The translations under genes and the position numbers were made by a program. From positions 21,216,464 through 21,280,463 of the forward strand of contig NC_043011.1 of the NCBI RefSeq assembly GCF_006345805.1: a stretch of 64,000 nucleotides of DNA, read 5' to 3'. The notes beneath the pieces are model-generated. The model was not told the DNA's origin. It ran no database searches and was given only the letters and a program-made list of their open reading frames with translations. This stretch comes from Octopus sinensis (Eukaryota). Below are positions 26,909 through 39,749 of the stretch, piece by piece (position 1 is the first letter of the stretch; the number at the start of each line of letters is the position of its first letter).

Positions 26909-28335
26909 ATCATCATCATCATCCTCATCATCGTTGTTTAACATCCGTTTTCCCTGCTAGCATAGGTTTGACGGTTAGACTGAGGGTTGGTGAGCCAGAA
27001 GGCTGCACCAGGCTTCAATCTGATCTGACAAAGTTTCTACAACTGAATGCCCTTCCTAGCACCAACCACTCCGTGAGTGTAGTGGGGGATTTTACGTGCT
27101 ACCGGCACGAGGACCAGTAAGGCGGTACTGGTATCGACCACACCCAACTGGTGCTTTTTTACGTGCCACCGGCACAGAAGGCAGTCAGGCGACACTGGCA
27201 ACAACCACACTCGAATGGCGTTTTTTACATGCCACTGGCACAGGAGCCAGTCAGGTGACACTGGCAATGATCACGCTCCAATGGGGATTTTAACGTGCCA
27301 TTGACATGGGTGCCAATCATGCGGTACTGTCAACGATTTCACTTGCCTCAACAGGTCTTCGCAAGCACAGTTTATTGTCCAATGGTTGAAGAGTACTATT
27401 AAATGGATTGTTTATGCTGCACTAGCTGGTTATGCCCACTGGCATAGGTTACGGTTATGTTCTCACTCGGCTTCCCGGGTCTTCTCAAGCACAGCATATC
27501 TCCAAAGGTCTCGGTCACTTTTCATTGCCTCGGCGAGGCCCAATGTTCGAAGATCGTGCTTCACCACCTCATCCCAGGTCTTCCTGGGTCTACCTCTTCC
27601 ACAGGTTTCCTCTACTGCTAGGGTGTGACACTTTTTAACTCAGCTGTCCTCATCCATTCGCAACACATGACCATACCGGCGCAGTCGTCTCCCTTGCACA
27701 CCACCTCTGATGCTTCTTAAGTCCAACTTTTCTCTCAGGGCGCCTACACTCTATCGTGTATGCACACTGACATTACACATCCAGTGTAGCATACTGGCTT
27801 CATTCCTTGCAAGCCTACGCATGTCCTCAGCAGACACAGCCCATGTTTCACTGCCACATGCGTCATACAGTCTACCTTTTAGTCTGAGCGAGAGGCCCTT
27901 TGTCACCAGCAGAGGTAGGAGCTCCCTGAACTTTGCCCAGGTTATTCTTATTCTAGCAGCTACACTTTCAGAGCATCCATCTCCGCTACTGACTTGGTCA
28001 CCTAGGTAACGGAAGCTATCAACTACTTGTAGTCCCCCCCCCCTGGAATGTAATGGAAGCAGTTTTGCTCCTGAGCATTTGTCACACACAAAAACTATCT
28101 TCCCAGCTAACCTTTCTTTGATATTGCTGCACCTCTTATGTGTCCATAGCTTACACTAGGTACATCTTATGGAGTTTCTACCTAAGCCTTTTCTACAGAG
28201 CGAGCAGGGCCATCTACCTGAAGGGATTCGTGGTTTGTCTGCCTTCCTACTTATTAAGACATTGGTTTTTGCTAGGTTGACCCCTAAGGCCCTTCGATTT
28301 TAGACCTTGCTTTCACACCTGAAATTTCTCCTGAA
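26909..28335 (-). mobile_element. 5'-truncated RTE-clade LINE (RT C-terminus, 3' UTR with tandem hairpin repeats, (GAT)n tail)
   Basis: VDSFRYLGDQVSS..AARIRITWAKFRELLPLL, RRLRWYGHVLRM, GRGRPRKTWDEVV; 3' UTR GGTTGGTGCTAGGAAGGGCATTC; GAT tail at 26909-26932. Confidence 0.88.
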
Positions 28336-28729
28336 ATTACAGACACGCGCATGCGTGTACAGACACATGTACACTTACATATACGCGAACCTTATTTCCG
28401 AAGTTGTTATTTAATCCTTAACTTGAATCATGCCGCTGTACTCTCCCCTTTGCTTCTATGATGTAACTAATGGCACAATAGTTTAGAATGGAGTAAACTA
28501 TTTTGTCCTTTTGCATATCAAAAAAACATTGTTCTAATGTGTTTCTGTTTCTTTAAATATTGTGTGATATGAGGCATATTTGGTTACTATCACTAATAGA
28601 TTAAACGACTATATAGGGGAACAGTGGGTGGAGTTAATGACATTTTTTTACGCTAAGTTGTTTATTGTGTTTAGAGAAAAAACAGTCATTTGAAACAAAT
28701 TTTCCTTTTTGTGTATGATAAACAATAAT

Positions 28730-28972
28730 CATTGGGTTGGTGCATAATTATTGCGGCTTTTTTTTTCCCCCCAAGTTTTATTCAACAAAAACAATAACAA
28801 TATTTAACAAAACATCTTTAAATGCCAAGCAAATGTGAAGCAATAATTGAAGGAGATGGGAAATATATTCCGGAATAATCATTTAAAGATGTTTTTGTTA
28901 CATGTTGTTATTGCTTTTGTAGTATAAAATTTGTTGAAAGAAAGACCGCAATAATTATGCACCAACCCAATA
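28730..28972. mobile_element. mariner-derived MITE with long inverted arms
   Basis: TIRs TTGGGTTGGTGCATAATTATTGCGG / CCGCAATAATTATGCACCAACCCAA-TA (resembles Hsmar1/Made1-type ends); centre encodes a mariner-like C-terminus (SKCEAIIEGDGKYIPE*). Confidence 0.85.
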
Positions 28973-31353
28973 GATTAAAATTTTTGTTTTACTTGCTGGA
29001 TCTGAAGGAAAGAAAAGTGTCCAAAGCTTTTGTCGGCTCTCTGATACCGGTTATATTTATGCCATTAACGTTCTACTTAAACTGTAGATACCTGCAGAAG
29101 AAAAAAAAACACAAGAAAGGAGCTGAGCGAATTTCTAGAGATCCGATATTTTACAGAGAGATAACTGGGAATTGTAGTTAGAATGTGACGTACTGGACAC
29201 AATACAATTCGGGTGATGAAAGAAACGGGTGTGTTGAGTGCCGAGTGAACGTGTTACGAAACCAATTATCTACAAAGAACAGAACCCATTATAGTAGCAG
29301 TTAAAAATGAAAAAAAAAAACCCCCCAGAAAGCGAAGACAGTGTCTCTATGAATGACTTTATACCAAACAGTCGAGTGGTCTTTCTTAGGATGTAGATCG
29401 GTATATGCAGCAGCGGTAGCACTGTTCCAGATGTGGGTCAAATATTCGTTTGTGTGCCTCGCATAAGCTTTGTAGAGAGTCATTGCGACTCTACAAATTT
29501 TGGTGTGCCATAAGGGTCGGTTACATTTCAACATCTTTTCTATACAACAAAGCCTTACTTGAAGTAATCTCCAACAACGCTGACTCCGATGCAGATGATT
29601 GCACCATTCTTTTTTCCTCGCTAATTCTCGCACGCAAACACCCTTTTCCAGCAACCCAAATACCTCACACTAAATACGTACTGCTTCAATGAACAGAAAC
29701 CTCTAAAACATTCTCTATTCAGATGGAATCATATCAATCATATTTTTAACCACACAAAGGTGCAATCACTGCACAAGGCTAATCATTTTAAGAGACAGTA
29801 GCACACGATCAAATCGACAGCGGTATCATTCTTTTTATGGATTTCTCTGGAGGGAAGTGTCAATTCGATAGTTTTTGCAACCCTGCCGAGGCCAGTGAGA
29901 ATGAAATAGTTGATATTCTCCCTGAACAACTACAAATCGATGATTGCAGGAAAAATAATGAAATACACAGGTAAGTAATTGCATTATTCTTCATTTCTCG
30001 CTAATCCTCCGCCCTCCAAGACCCTTTCCATGCAACCTAAACACCTCCCGCCAAATATCCACTGCTTCAATGAATAGAAAGCCCTAAAACACTCTCTAAT
30101 GGGGTCAAGACGCAACCACTGCACAAGACCAGACATTTTAAGGGAATGTAACAAACGATAAGATCAATTGCAGAATCTTTCTTTTAATGGGTTGTTCTGC
30201 AAGGAAGGTTTTACACGATGGTTTTTGCATTGTGTGAAAAATTGCTCTTGGAGCTTGAAGCTCCGAAATGAAGGGCCAGTCTTTTGAATGCTGTCCTAAC
30301 TAGGTTCTTTCTCCAAAAGAGAACCGCAATAATAATGTAGATTTACATAAGGGACGATCACGATTTTTCGAACTGCGAGCTACTCTTGTTTAAGGAGCAG
30401 AAACTAAGGTTTATAATTAAAGATCTAGACTCTAAAATCTTTTCACTACAGAATAACTATTCGTTATACATCATCGATGCTTTCTGAGCAGCCTTTAGAA
30501 ATTGTCAGTTACAATGAAAAGTTGTTTTCTGAATTTAAAACAATAAATCTCTTAGCCAAAAAGGCTTTTTTTCCGCCAATTTGTTTTTGCTGTATCATAT
30601 CATATAAACAAAAGGAGAAAATCTGGTTAAAGCAAGCGTAGCTTCCGTTGTTATATTAGATGTCTGAAATTATTTTAATATTCTTGTTTTGATTCAAGTG
30701 TTGTTTTACTGTGTTGTCTGACGAGACAATACTTTCTGATCTTTCAATTTTTATTCTTCTTCCAAAACACCTTTTGTTTCTGTATCAAACGAATGTATTC
30801 ATTTGTTGACACCGTTTATACCTCTTACTGGCAATATCTTGTCCATATTTTGGCAGGAGAAAATAAAAAGAAGAAATTACAAAGATGTTTGATTCTCTCT
30901 TTACCTTTACGTAGGAGGAGAAACAATTGTTAAATGGGAAACTGAAAGAGAATTATTTAGTATTTTCAGGAACGTGATATAACCTTATACAAAGATCAAA
31001 TTTCTGATGGTTTAACATCGGCAACGACGCCGAGACGACGACGACGACGATGACAACAACAAAAATTATCATATATACTCAGGCCTATTCCCCATTTTTT
31101 AGGAGGGGGTAACCACAGCAAGATTCTCACTAGGGATTCCATTCATTTCCCAGCTTAAAGGGGCGAGCCCCGTTCTATGTTCGGGTCAAGGCATAGAATG
31201 TAAACCCCAATATCAGCAGCGGAACCCGACAGCATATGGTGGTTTACCCCTGCCTCATCATGCAGGTTCCGTACCCCCTTTGAGCAACATCAAAATTCAC
31301 TCATCCGTTGACAAACACTCTCCAAACATTTTGTATGTTGTAAACCAGCATAC

Positions 31354-31412
<59 letters not shown>

Positions 31413-31486
31413 TAATAATAATAATAATAAATAATAATAACAACAACAACAACAATAATAATAATAACAACAACAACAACAACAAC

Positions 31487-31517
<31 letters not shown>

Positions 31518-31585
31518 TAATAATAATAACAACAACAACAACAACAGCAACAATAATAACAACAACAACAACAACAATAATAATA

Positions 31586-31621
<36 letters not shown>

Positions 31622-31724
31622 TAACGATAATAATAATAATAATAATAATAACAATAATAATGATAATAATAATAATAATAATAACAATAATAATAATAAC
31701 AACAACAACAACAACAACAACAAC

Positions 31725-31779
<55 letters not shown>

Positions 31780-31780
31780 T
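31354..31780. repeat. Long compound (AAT)/(AAC) microsatellite
   Basis: Direct reading; produces the poly-N/L/Y/C ORFs. Confidence 0.95.
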
Positions 31781-33279
31781 TTCATTGCACTTCTAGCAGT
31801 CATAGATCTGTCGTTGTTCAAGGAGAATATTAACAACATTCTCACTAGTCTCAGCGGAGCTGCAAACCCATAAAGTAGCCCCTTCCCCTAGAACAGCCCA
31901 TAAAATTAAAGATACTACAATTGATTTGATCATGTGTTGTTTTCCCTTAAACTGTCCGGCCTTGTGCAGTGATTGCGTCTTTGTGTTGTTAAAAGTGACT
32001 TAATTGATATGACACTATTAGAAAATGTTTTAGAGATTTCTATTCACTGAGGCTGTGCATGTTTGGTGTAAGGTGTTTAGATTGCATGAAAAGGATGCTT
32101 ATGCGCGGAGAGTTAGTGAGGAATGAAAGATGGTGCAGTTACCTGCATCTGACTAACTGTTGTTGGAGGTTATGGCAAGTAAGCTTTTGACGTATAGAAA
32201 GAACGTTGAAATGTAACTGAACCTTGGGACATACCAGATTTGATAGAGTAAAAGTAATAGAATTAAGTTAGTGCACATTGCATGAGAGCGATCTGTCAGT
32301 AAGTTTCTGGTCCATGAGACGAATGGAATCCAAATGAAGGTAATTTAATTAGGCGATTTACATGATACGCAGCTTTATAACTTGCTGAAATCAAGTTAAT
32401 ATTTCTCAAGGGCGAGGCCTCGCTGATGTGTGTAAGAGAAAAGTAGATATCCGAAAAATCTATCTTTTCGGGAGCCGTATTTGTGAGACACAAGTCAGGA
32501 ATTCCACATATCAGTGTGATTACGTTACCATTGACATATTCTGTCCTCTTTGCGAGCAACTTTGTCAAAATTATAAACTGTGTTCTGCAGAGTTACAGAT
32601 ATATCGATGATGACTTTAACGCCACAACACCTCTGACACGACTAAAATGTTCCCAGTTTGCTGCGAGTTACTGCAGGCAAGAACAAAGACAGTTTCATAT
32701 TTATCCTTTAAGCTCGCTGAGCAAACCACCCAAAACAAGAAATTTGTCATTTGCACAACCATTCACTGCAAAGCGTATTTCAGCTGCCATTATCAGTTTT
32801 GCGAAACACTCCGCCTTTTCTAATGTAAGATGTGGCAGGCCGTCGAGATAAATACTAAAGTCCACCAGCGTGTCTAAGATGCCATTTCAGTAACCCGCTT
32901 ACACTACATAACGGAATGTTTCCAAGTATGTCAAAGAACTTCAACCGCTATTCCTCAGTCAGAACATAAACGATTACTAGTCTGAAGGCACTACCTATGC
33001 TGCTGTTCATACCCCAGGCAACGACTATCAGATTCAAAGATGATCGTCCCAAGTCAACCCAAGAATATGCGCATTTTCGTAACCGACTTTCAGTAGTGAC
33101 ATGCTGGAAGGAGAATAAACTGAAGATTTCACTTACCCTACATTCAGATATTCGATTTTCCTGTGCTCCCCAAACATCTCTTTCAGCATCACATAGGTTT
33201 ATTTCAGTTTGCGGTACATCACGTCATCTGGGAACTTGAAAAGCGAGCACTTGTAGACTTCTTGTGCATCTCCACAATC

Positions 33280-33645
33280 AACAGAAAAAACGATGGCTAC
33301 CACAATCACCATCACTAACACCACCGCCATCACCACCACCATCATCATCTCCACCTCCTCCCCTCCTCCTCCACCACCACCACCACCACCACCATCACCG
33401 CCGCCGCCGCCAAACTCACCACAACCAATAGAACTACAACCACAATTAATGTAACGGCTGACCATTTCGACCACTGACACTGGCCAACAAAAACAACAAT
33501 TATCATTTTCACCACCAAAAACAACACGAACACCACAAAATCAACAACAATTGCTGTAATAATAACAACCAATGAACATGACCACCACAACCACCACCAC
33601 CACTACCAACAACAACAACAACAACAACAACAGCAACTACAGTTA
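33280..33645. repeat. Compound CAC/CCT/CCG/AAC trinucleotide low-complexity tract
   Basis: Direct reading. Confidence 0.85.
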
Positions 33646-33949
33646 AGTTGCGTAGCCAAAGTGAAGGTACATCCTTCACTTGCTCTTAACGCTACTATTT
33701 CTAATATTGTACTTGCATCACTATTTGTTAATACAACTGCTAGTGAAAAACATTAATGTCCAGACCACACATTGAGATTCGAAATCCCAAAAGGATGTCT
33801 GCAGAGATACGATAATGGGATTTATGTATACATTTGCATACGCACGCACACACAAACACATTTATACACAGATATATCTATATTCTTACATGTAGACACA
33901 TACATACACACATACATGCACACATACACCTATGATCATATGATGATCA

Positions 33950-34850
33950 CTTTTTCTTGATAGATGATAGCCATTTCAATTTACTTTGCCGCAATAATCT
34001 CCATTACGTCCGTGTGCACTGAGAAAGCTGTTAGGCCCAGCAGTTGACGTGCAAGGATTCAAGCATATGTAACAGATAAGATTCAAACTTTCATATCTTT
34101 TTCAAACAAGGGTTACTCCGACTGATTTTCCCACATATAACACTGTTGTTGTTACCAATAAAATGGTGACACGAATTATTGTATGATTTCATGTGGCTTA
34201 TGTAACCAGCTTTTGAGAGATGTCGGTCACAAAGATTGCATTTCCAATTTTTCATCTCACTTGGTACATTCATGTTACTTCCTTTGCACAAAGTACATTT
34301 TAACTGTACATTCTGCCCTTTGGATAACTCAAAGCTGGCAATGCCTTCCTTCGTCAGATAGATACTTCCACCCATTTCTACCAGTCACTTTCTCTTTCCA
34401 GGATTGAACCTCTGTTTTCAATTTCACAAAGTTGTCATGAATGCGGTCCTTGTACTGCCCATATTGTGTCCGTTTCCCAAATTCTAACTGACCATAAAAT
34501 AACAGCTTGGGCGGTCTCACAGTTTACTTGCCTACAAGGCGCCCTGTTCATCGCATTCTAAATGTAAGTCATTAGATACAGAGCCAGTCCTCTAGAGTAT
34601 TTCTATATCTAACGGTAAATCTTCCCATTTCATCTGCAGTATTCTTCTGAATCATTTTTGGTGGAATCACTTGGGTATTCTTATATGCTATTTTGAGTTG
34701 TCCGTGTCTAAGAAGCATACAAGGAATGTTATCAATATGCACGTCTTGTAAACAATGATCTTTGTGTGTGATATAATGCATCTGTCAGACCATAGCCTCT
34801 TCTCAAGTTTGCCAAATGCCGTATAATTTTCATTTTATTTATTGTAGATA
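33950..34850 (-). mobile_element. RTE (BovB-like) LINE 3' fragment with C-terminal Cys/His motifs
   Basis: AFGKLEKRLW, RPPKLLFYGQLEFGKR..YKDRIHDN, WKCNLCDRHLSKAGYISHMKS; stops and frameshifts. Confidence 0.75.
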
Positions 34851-35081
34851 CCGCTGTGTTGTCCCCTGCTTTCAAGAGATCTATGAGCATGACATCTATG
34901 TTGCCTTACGAGAATATAACTGATTTAATGCAAACAGAATATCCCCATATTCAAGTATGCTATCCATGCACATCAACATGTTCTTTTGGGGCAATCCATT
35001 AATTATTTCCATGTTAACCTTGAAGGGGTTAACAGATCCGAAAAGTGCTTTTTCCACCGTTTTATAATGTTAGTTGGGTTT

Positions 35082-37560
35082 TTAACCCTTGGTCTATCAG
35101 AGAAAATGTATGTCACTAATTACCAACTGGGTCCAACGGACCCTTAATTTTTTTTTTATTAAATTTTATTCTAACTACCACTATTTCTTAGCTGTATTAC
35201 ATATATTATATATTATATATATTATATATGCTATCAGGTAAATGAAGAATTACTATTTCTCACAAATTTTCATAAAAATATGCAGCTAACAGAATATATT
35301 ATAAATCTAAAAAAATACAAAAATGCCGAATTACAGCTCTTCATGGCAGTGAATGCAAACAACATTGGAACGTTCTTGGCAAACTTGGATATTACAATTC
35401 TTACATGTAATACGAGTTTTCCTGTTTTTTTGGGGCCACACAAAGAACATCTTCCTTTTTTTCTTTGGCTGAGGAATCTCAAATGAAGTTGAAGATCGTC
35501 TTCTTTTCTTGTTGGGTTGAGAAATGTTCGCGGAACTAGAAAATTGTTTGTCATGTTCTTGTTTAGCATTAACTCCGGCAAGTTCCTTTCCTAACTGAAT
35601 TAGGCACTGTCTTCTTTTATCCTTGACATTTTGCAAGGGAAGCTAGTAACAATGAAATCATTCACTGCATTTATATCAATCATGTTGTAGAATATAACCA
35701 TAGGCCTTCTTCGAGTCATTCTTTCACAAGTGTATGTCCTCACCATCTTATCTACGGTATCTGCTCCTCCTTTTGTTTTGTTGTAACATGTAATATCTTC
35801 AGTTTCTTTTCAGCACGTTTTGAATCAATTGAAGGCTGAGAGTGCATTGTACTCATAAGTGTGACTACAAAATGTTTCTTTGGACAATATGAGAGAATCA
35901 TAAAATCCTTTTGAAATCCAAATATTGTGCTATTGATTTCTCTTTCTTTTCCTTTAGTGAAAGTACTTGGAAGTTCAACTCTGTTCTTCCTAACTGTTCC
36001 AACTAAAGTAGTTTTCTTGCTAAGCAGCCTTCGAGCCAATCCTAGACTTGTAAAAAATTATCACAAGTTATATTGCGACCAGTATTTTCAACTTCTTTTA
36101 CTAGGTCTTCAACAACTCTTGAACCTTGATTTGTCTCTCTCCCTCTTACTGTCTTTTCCAGTATAGATTTGCATTTTCCAGGGATAAGATGTTTCATTGT
36201 CGCATATTGCCCAAATTTTAATTCTATATTTTCCTGGTTTTGAAGGAATATGTACCCGGAATGGGCAGCACCCTCTAAATAAAACTAATTGTGCATCAAC
36301 TGTCATGCTTGAACTTGGAACATATCCATCTTGCAAATTCTGATTTCACATTTCAAATACTTCTCTTATGGGCTCCAATTTATCATCATTAGCATTCTCC
36401 TTGCACTAGCATTATCAAAATAAAATACTTGTAAAATCTGTTGAAATCTTTCCCGGCTCATAATTTTGTTGAATATTGGGCGGCCATCTTCTTGACTATA
36501 TAACTGTGTGACACTTTCAAGTTTAGAATTATAAACACCTATAAGAATAATCAGTCCAATAAATTTCTTTAGTTAAGAGTGATCAATTTCCTTATCATTT
36601 ATCTTTGTAAACAACCTGACCGTCAACATTTGTCCATTTACGAATTACTTCAAGAATATTCTGACGCATAAAGATAGTAAAACATGTTTCAATGCTATCG
36701 TAAGACCTTTTAGAAAAACGGGATGATCCACATTCCAGCTGCACAATATTGCAAGATGAAGCTCTTACTGCTGCTAGAGTAAGAGGATTAGCATGCCAAA
36801 ATTCTTGTCTGTCTCTAGAAACATATTACTCATTCATAATGGGGTGACTCACAGATAATTGTTTTTGAGTATCTTCATCGTCTGGTGACACAGAACCTAA
36901 ACTGTCCAGCACGCAATCATTTTCACCCTCATCTTCTGAGCAAGAAGAGGAATCACTATCTTCTTCCCATTCTGCATCTAATTCCAGTAACCTTTTCGAT
37001 ATTTGGTCTTCATTCAAGTTTTCACAAGTGAACTATATGAAACTTGATAGCAGACTAAAGGTAGATATTGCTTTCTCTCATATATTTATATTCCCTTGAA
37101 AGATAATGCAATATATTGTAAGATTGCGTTATCACATAGAAATATTGCAACCTAGTAGACTGAAGGTGATGCAATACCACACAAATTTACAGGAACATTT
37201 TCATAATATTTCCTATTTTATCTAAAATTCAGCAAATAAATTGAATACAATTTTATCTATTTTATATATCTGATAAATATCTAGGAAAATAACATTTGAA
37301 ACTGCTTTTATTTTGTTTAGAATGAGAAGAGTATTGTCTGAATACAATTCGAGGGTCCAATGGACCCAGACGGTAATGAATATATAAAGTGAAATTTTCT
37401 AGCTTTTATAAACATACGAAAATTTTCCTATTTGACAAATAAAAAGAGAATCAAGAAAAAAAAGAGAAATCAGCAGAAACAAACAATATAAATAGTAGGA
37501 AAAAGCAACTGAAAAAAACTGAAATGGGTCCATTGAACCAATTGGTAGACAGAATGTTAA
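35082..37560 (-). mobile_element. Degenerate piggyBac transposon
   Basis: TTAA at both ends, subterminal TACCAA(C/T)TGG..GGACCC inverted motif; peptides TVDAQLVLFRGCCPFRVHIPSKPGKYRIKIW, LVGTVRKNRVELP and Cys-rich C-terminus; many stops/frameshifts. Confidence 0.9.
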
Positions 37561-38363
37561 GGAGTATTTAACTATTCTTTGATTGAAAAAGAACTATAGA
37601 AGATGACCAAAGTTCAAATACTTGTCCAAGAGCCCTGGAATCCTACCTGTTTAATGCATTTTGAAATTCTGATGAAATTTGTGACAACTATGTATTTATA
37701 ATTCTTAATTCATACTGTGATGTTGCTTTCTGTGAATTATAAGAACATTCTATAGACTTTTTATTCTTTGATTTGGGATCCAATAAAGTCTTGTACATTA
37801 ATTGTTTTCCTCCAGCAGCTGGCATATGTCATTGTTATTGTTGTCAAAGTAGTATCTGTGTATCATTGGATTTGCAAGATAGTAACGCCCAAATAATATA
37901 CCTGATCATGAAATTCTTCCAAGTTCCACTAACATTTTATATACAAGAACTTGTTTTATGCAAGTTCCAATATATCTGATTAAGCTAATCTATCGACATT
38001 AATTCGTTTTAGTGGTTTTTCACAATTCAAATTTCAACATAGCCTGTGTTAGTTCATGGTCAATGTCTCACTTGGTGCTACTACATAAAACACATAGATT
38101 ACCAGCGTCTTGCAGGTCAGACATTCGATTGAAGATAAAATCAATCAAATGGTCTTGCTTCGATCGTAGATGTGACCATGTTATTGTATGCCTTAATTTG
38201 TTAATAGCATCGCGATTTGTCTGCAGAAAAAGATTGGTAGAATAAGTACTGGGGACAGTTTTGATCGATTAACCCGCCAAAGAGATGCTCCAGCATGGCC
38301 ACGAACCGATGACTGGCGCAGTAAAAGAATAAAATTAAAAACAAGTATACACACACACATACA

Positions 38364-39686
38364 TACTTGAATCAGCTAAAAAGTTCATAGGATCACCAAA
38401 ATACCCTAATAGAACGTAACCAAATGAAGTTCATTTTTCAACATAGTCCTCTCTCCGCCCCACTACGCTCCACATACTTCTTCCACCGGTGCTGCATAAA
38501 TTACAAGCGACTTGCAGGTCAGACATTCGATTGAAGATAAAATCAATTGATGAAGAAGCTTTCATAAGAAAAAACAGCAGATATGAGGTCATCACCACTG
38601 CGATGCTGGTTCTCAGCCAAGTGATTTTTCATGTTGGGGAACATATGATAGTCAGATGAGGGCAATTCAGGAGAATAGGGCGAGTGATCAACTAGTTCAA
38701 AACCGCAGACATGCACAGTAGCCATTGAAATAAGGTCTTGTGCGCTGGAGCATTGTCTTGATGAAACAAGATCCCTTTCGTCAGTTTTCCTGGGAGTTTG
38801 GTCTTGATAGCCTTTTGTACCTGCCTCTGCAAGTTGGCATAGTACTCTCAATTGGTGAGGCCCTTTTGAAGATAAACACAATGCATTTTGCATTCAACAA
38901 AACTGAGGCCATCACCCTCCCTGCAAGTTGGCCTTCTTTGGAGCAGATGAAGAAGAATGTTTTCACTGCATGGATGGTCTCTTTGTCTATTGCTCAAAGT
39001 GATGAAGCCAACACTCATCCTGGGTTAGGATACATTCAAGGAAACCAGCTGGATCTGCCTCAAACGATGCCAGATTTTCTCGTGATGTGATCAGGCTCGT
39101 GATGTGATCAGGCTCGTGATGTAATCGGGTGTTAGAAGGCGTGGCACTCACCGAACAGAAACCTTCGTAATGCCAAATTCATTGTATAGAATATTCGCAA
39201 TGCTCTCATGGGATATGCCAAGAGCATTGGCTATTTGATTTATAGCCAATCGCCTGTCATCCATCCTCATGTAATGAACACGATCAATGTTTTCCTAGGT
39301 GGTAGCAGTTGCAGGATGTCCTCACCTTGCGTCATCTTCAACACTCTCCCTTCTTCTCCTAAATTCATCTGCCCACTTTAGCACTGTAATAAAGCTGGGG
39401 GAATCATCCCCTAATGGAGCAACAACGTCAGCATGAATGCCCTTGTGGGCTAAACTCTTTTCCTGCTGATACTTGCTAACAGCACGATAACAAATTTTGT
39501 CGATTTTCAAGAGAAGTCGTTACTAGTTACTTTTGAAGTCTTCTCTGAACGGTGTGATATCAGTTTACCTGGAAAGAAACAATACAGTTATTAATAAGAA
39601 GCATTGAAATTAATCCATGCATGATTTCACTGCGCCAGCATCATCCCTTCATAGCCAGCCTATGAACCTTTCAGTTCATCTTCGTA
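38364..39686 (-). mobile_element. Degenerate mariner transposon
   Basis: TIR-like ends TAC..AGCT(A/G)AAA(A/G)GTTCATAGG; peptides YRAVSKY..KWADEFRRRRESVEDDAR and HSPYSPELPSSDYHMFPNMK; 17-bp tandem x3 at 39079-39129. Confidence 0.85.
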
Positions 39687-39749
39687 TATATATAAAGAAT
39701 TATGTATGTGTATACATATTTTTATAAAAAACACGAAAAATTATGGAGC

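Noticed and set aside
27085-27330. CRISPR-like array
   Set aside because: Eukaryotic context; the units are diverged tandem repeats without unique spacers and lie within a LINE 3' UTR
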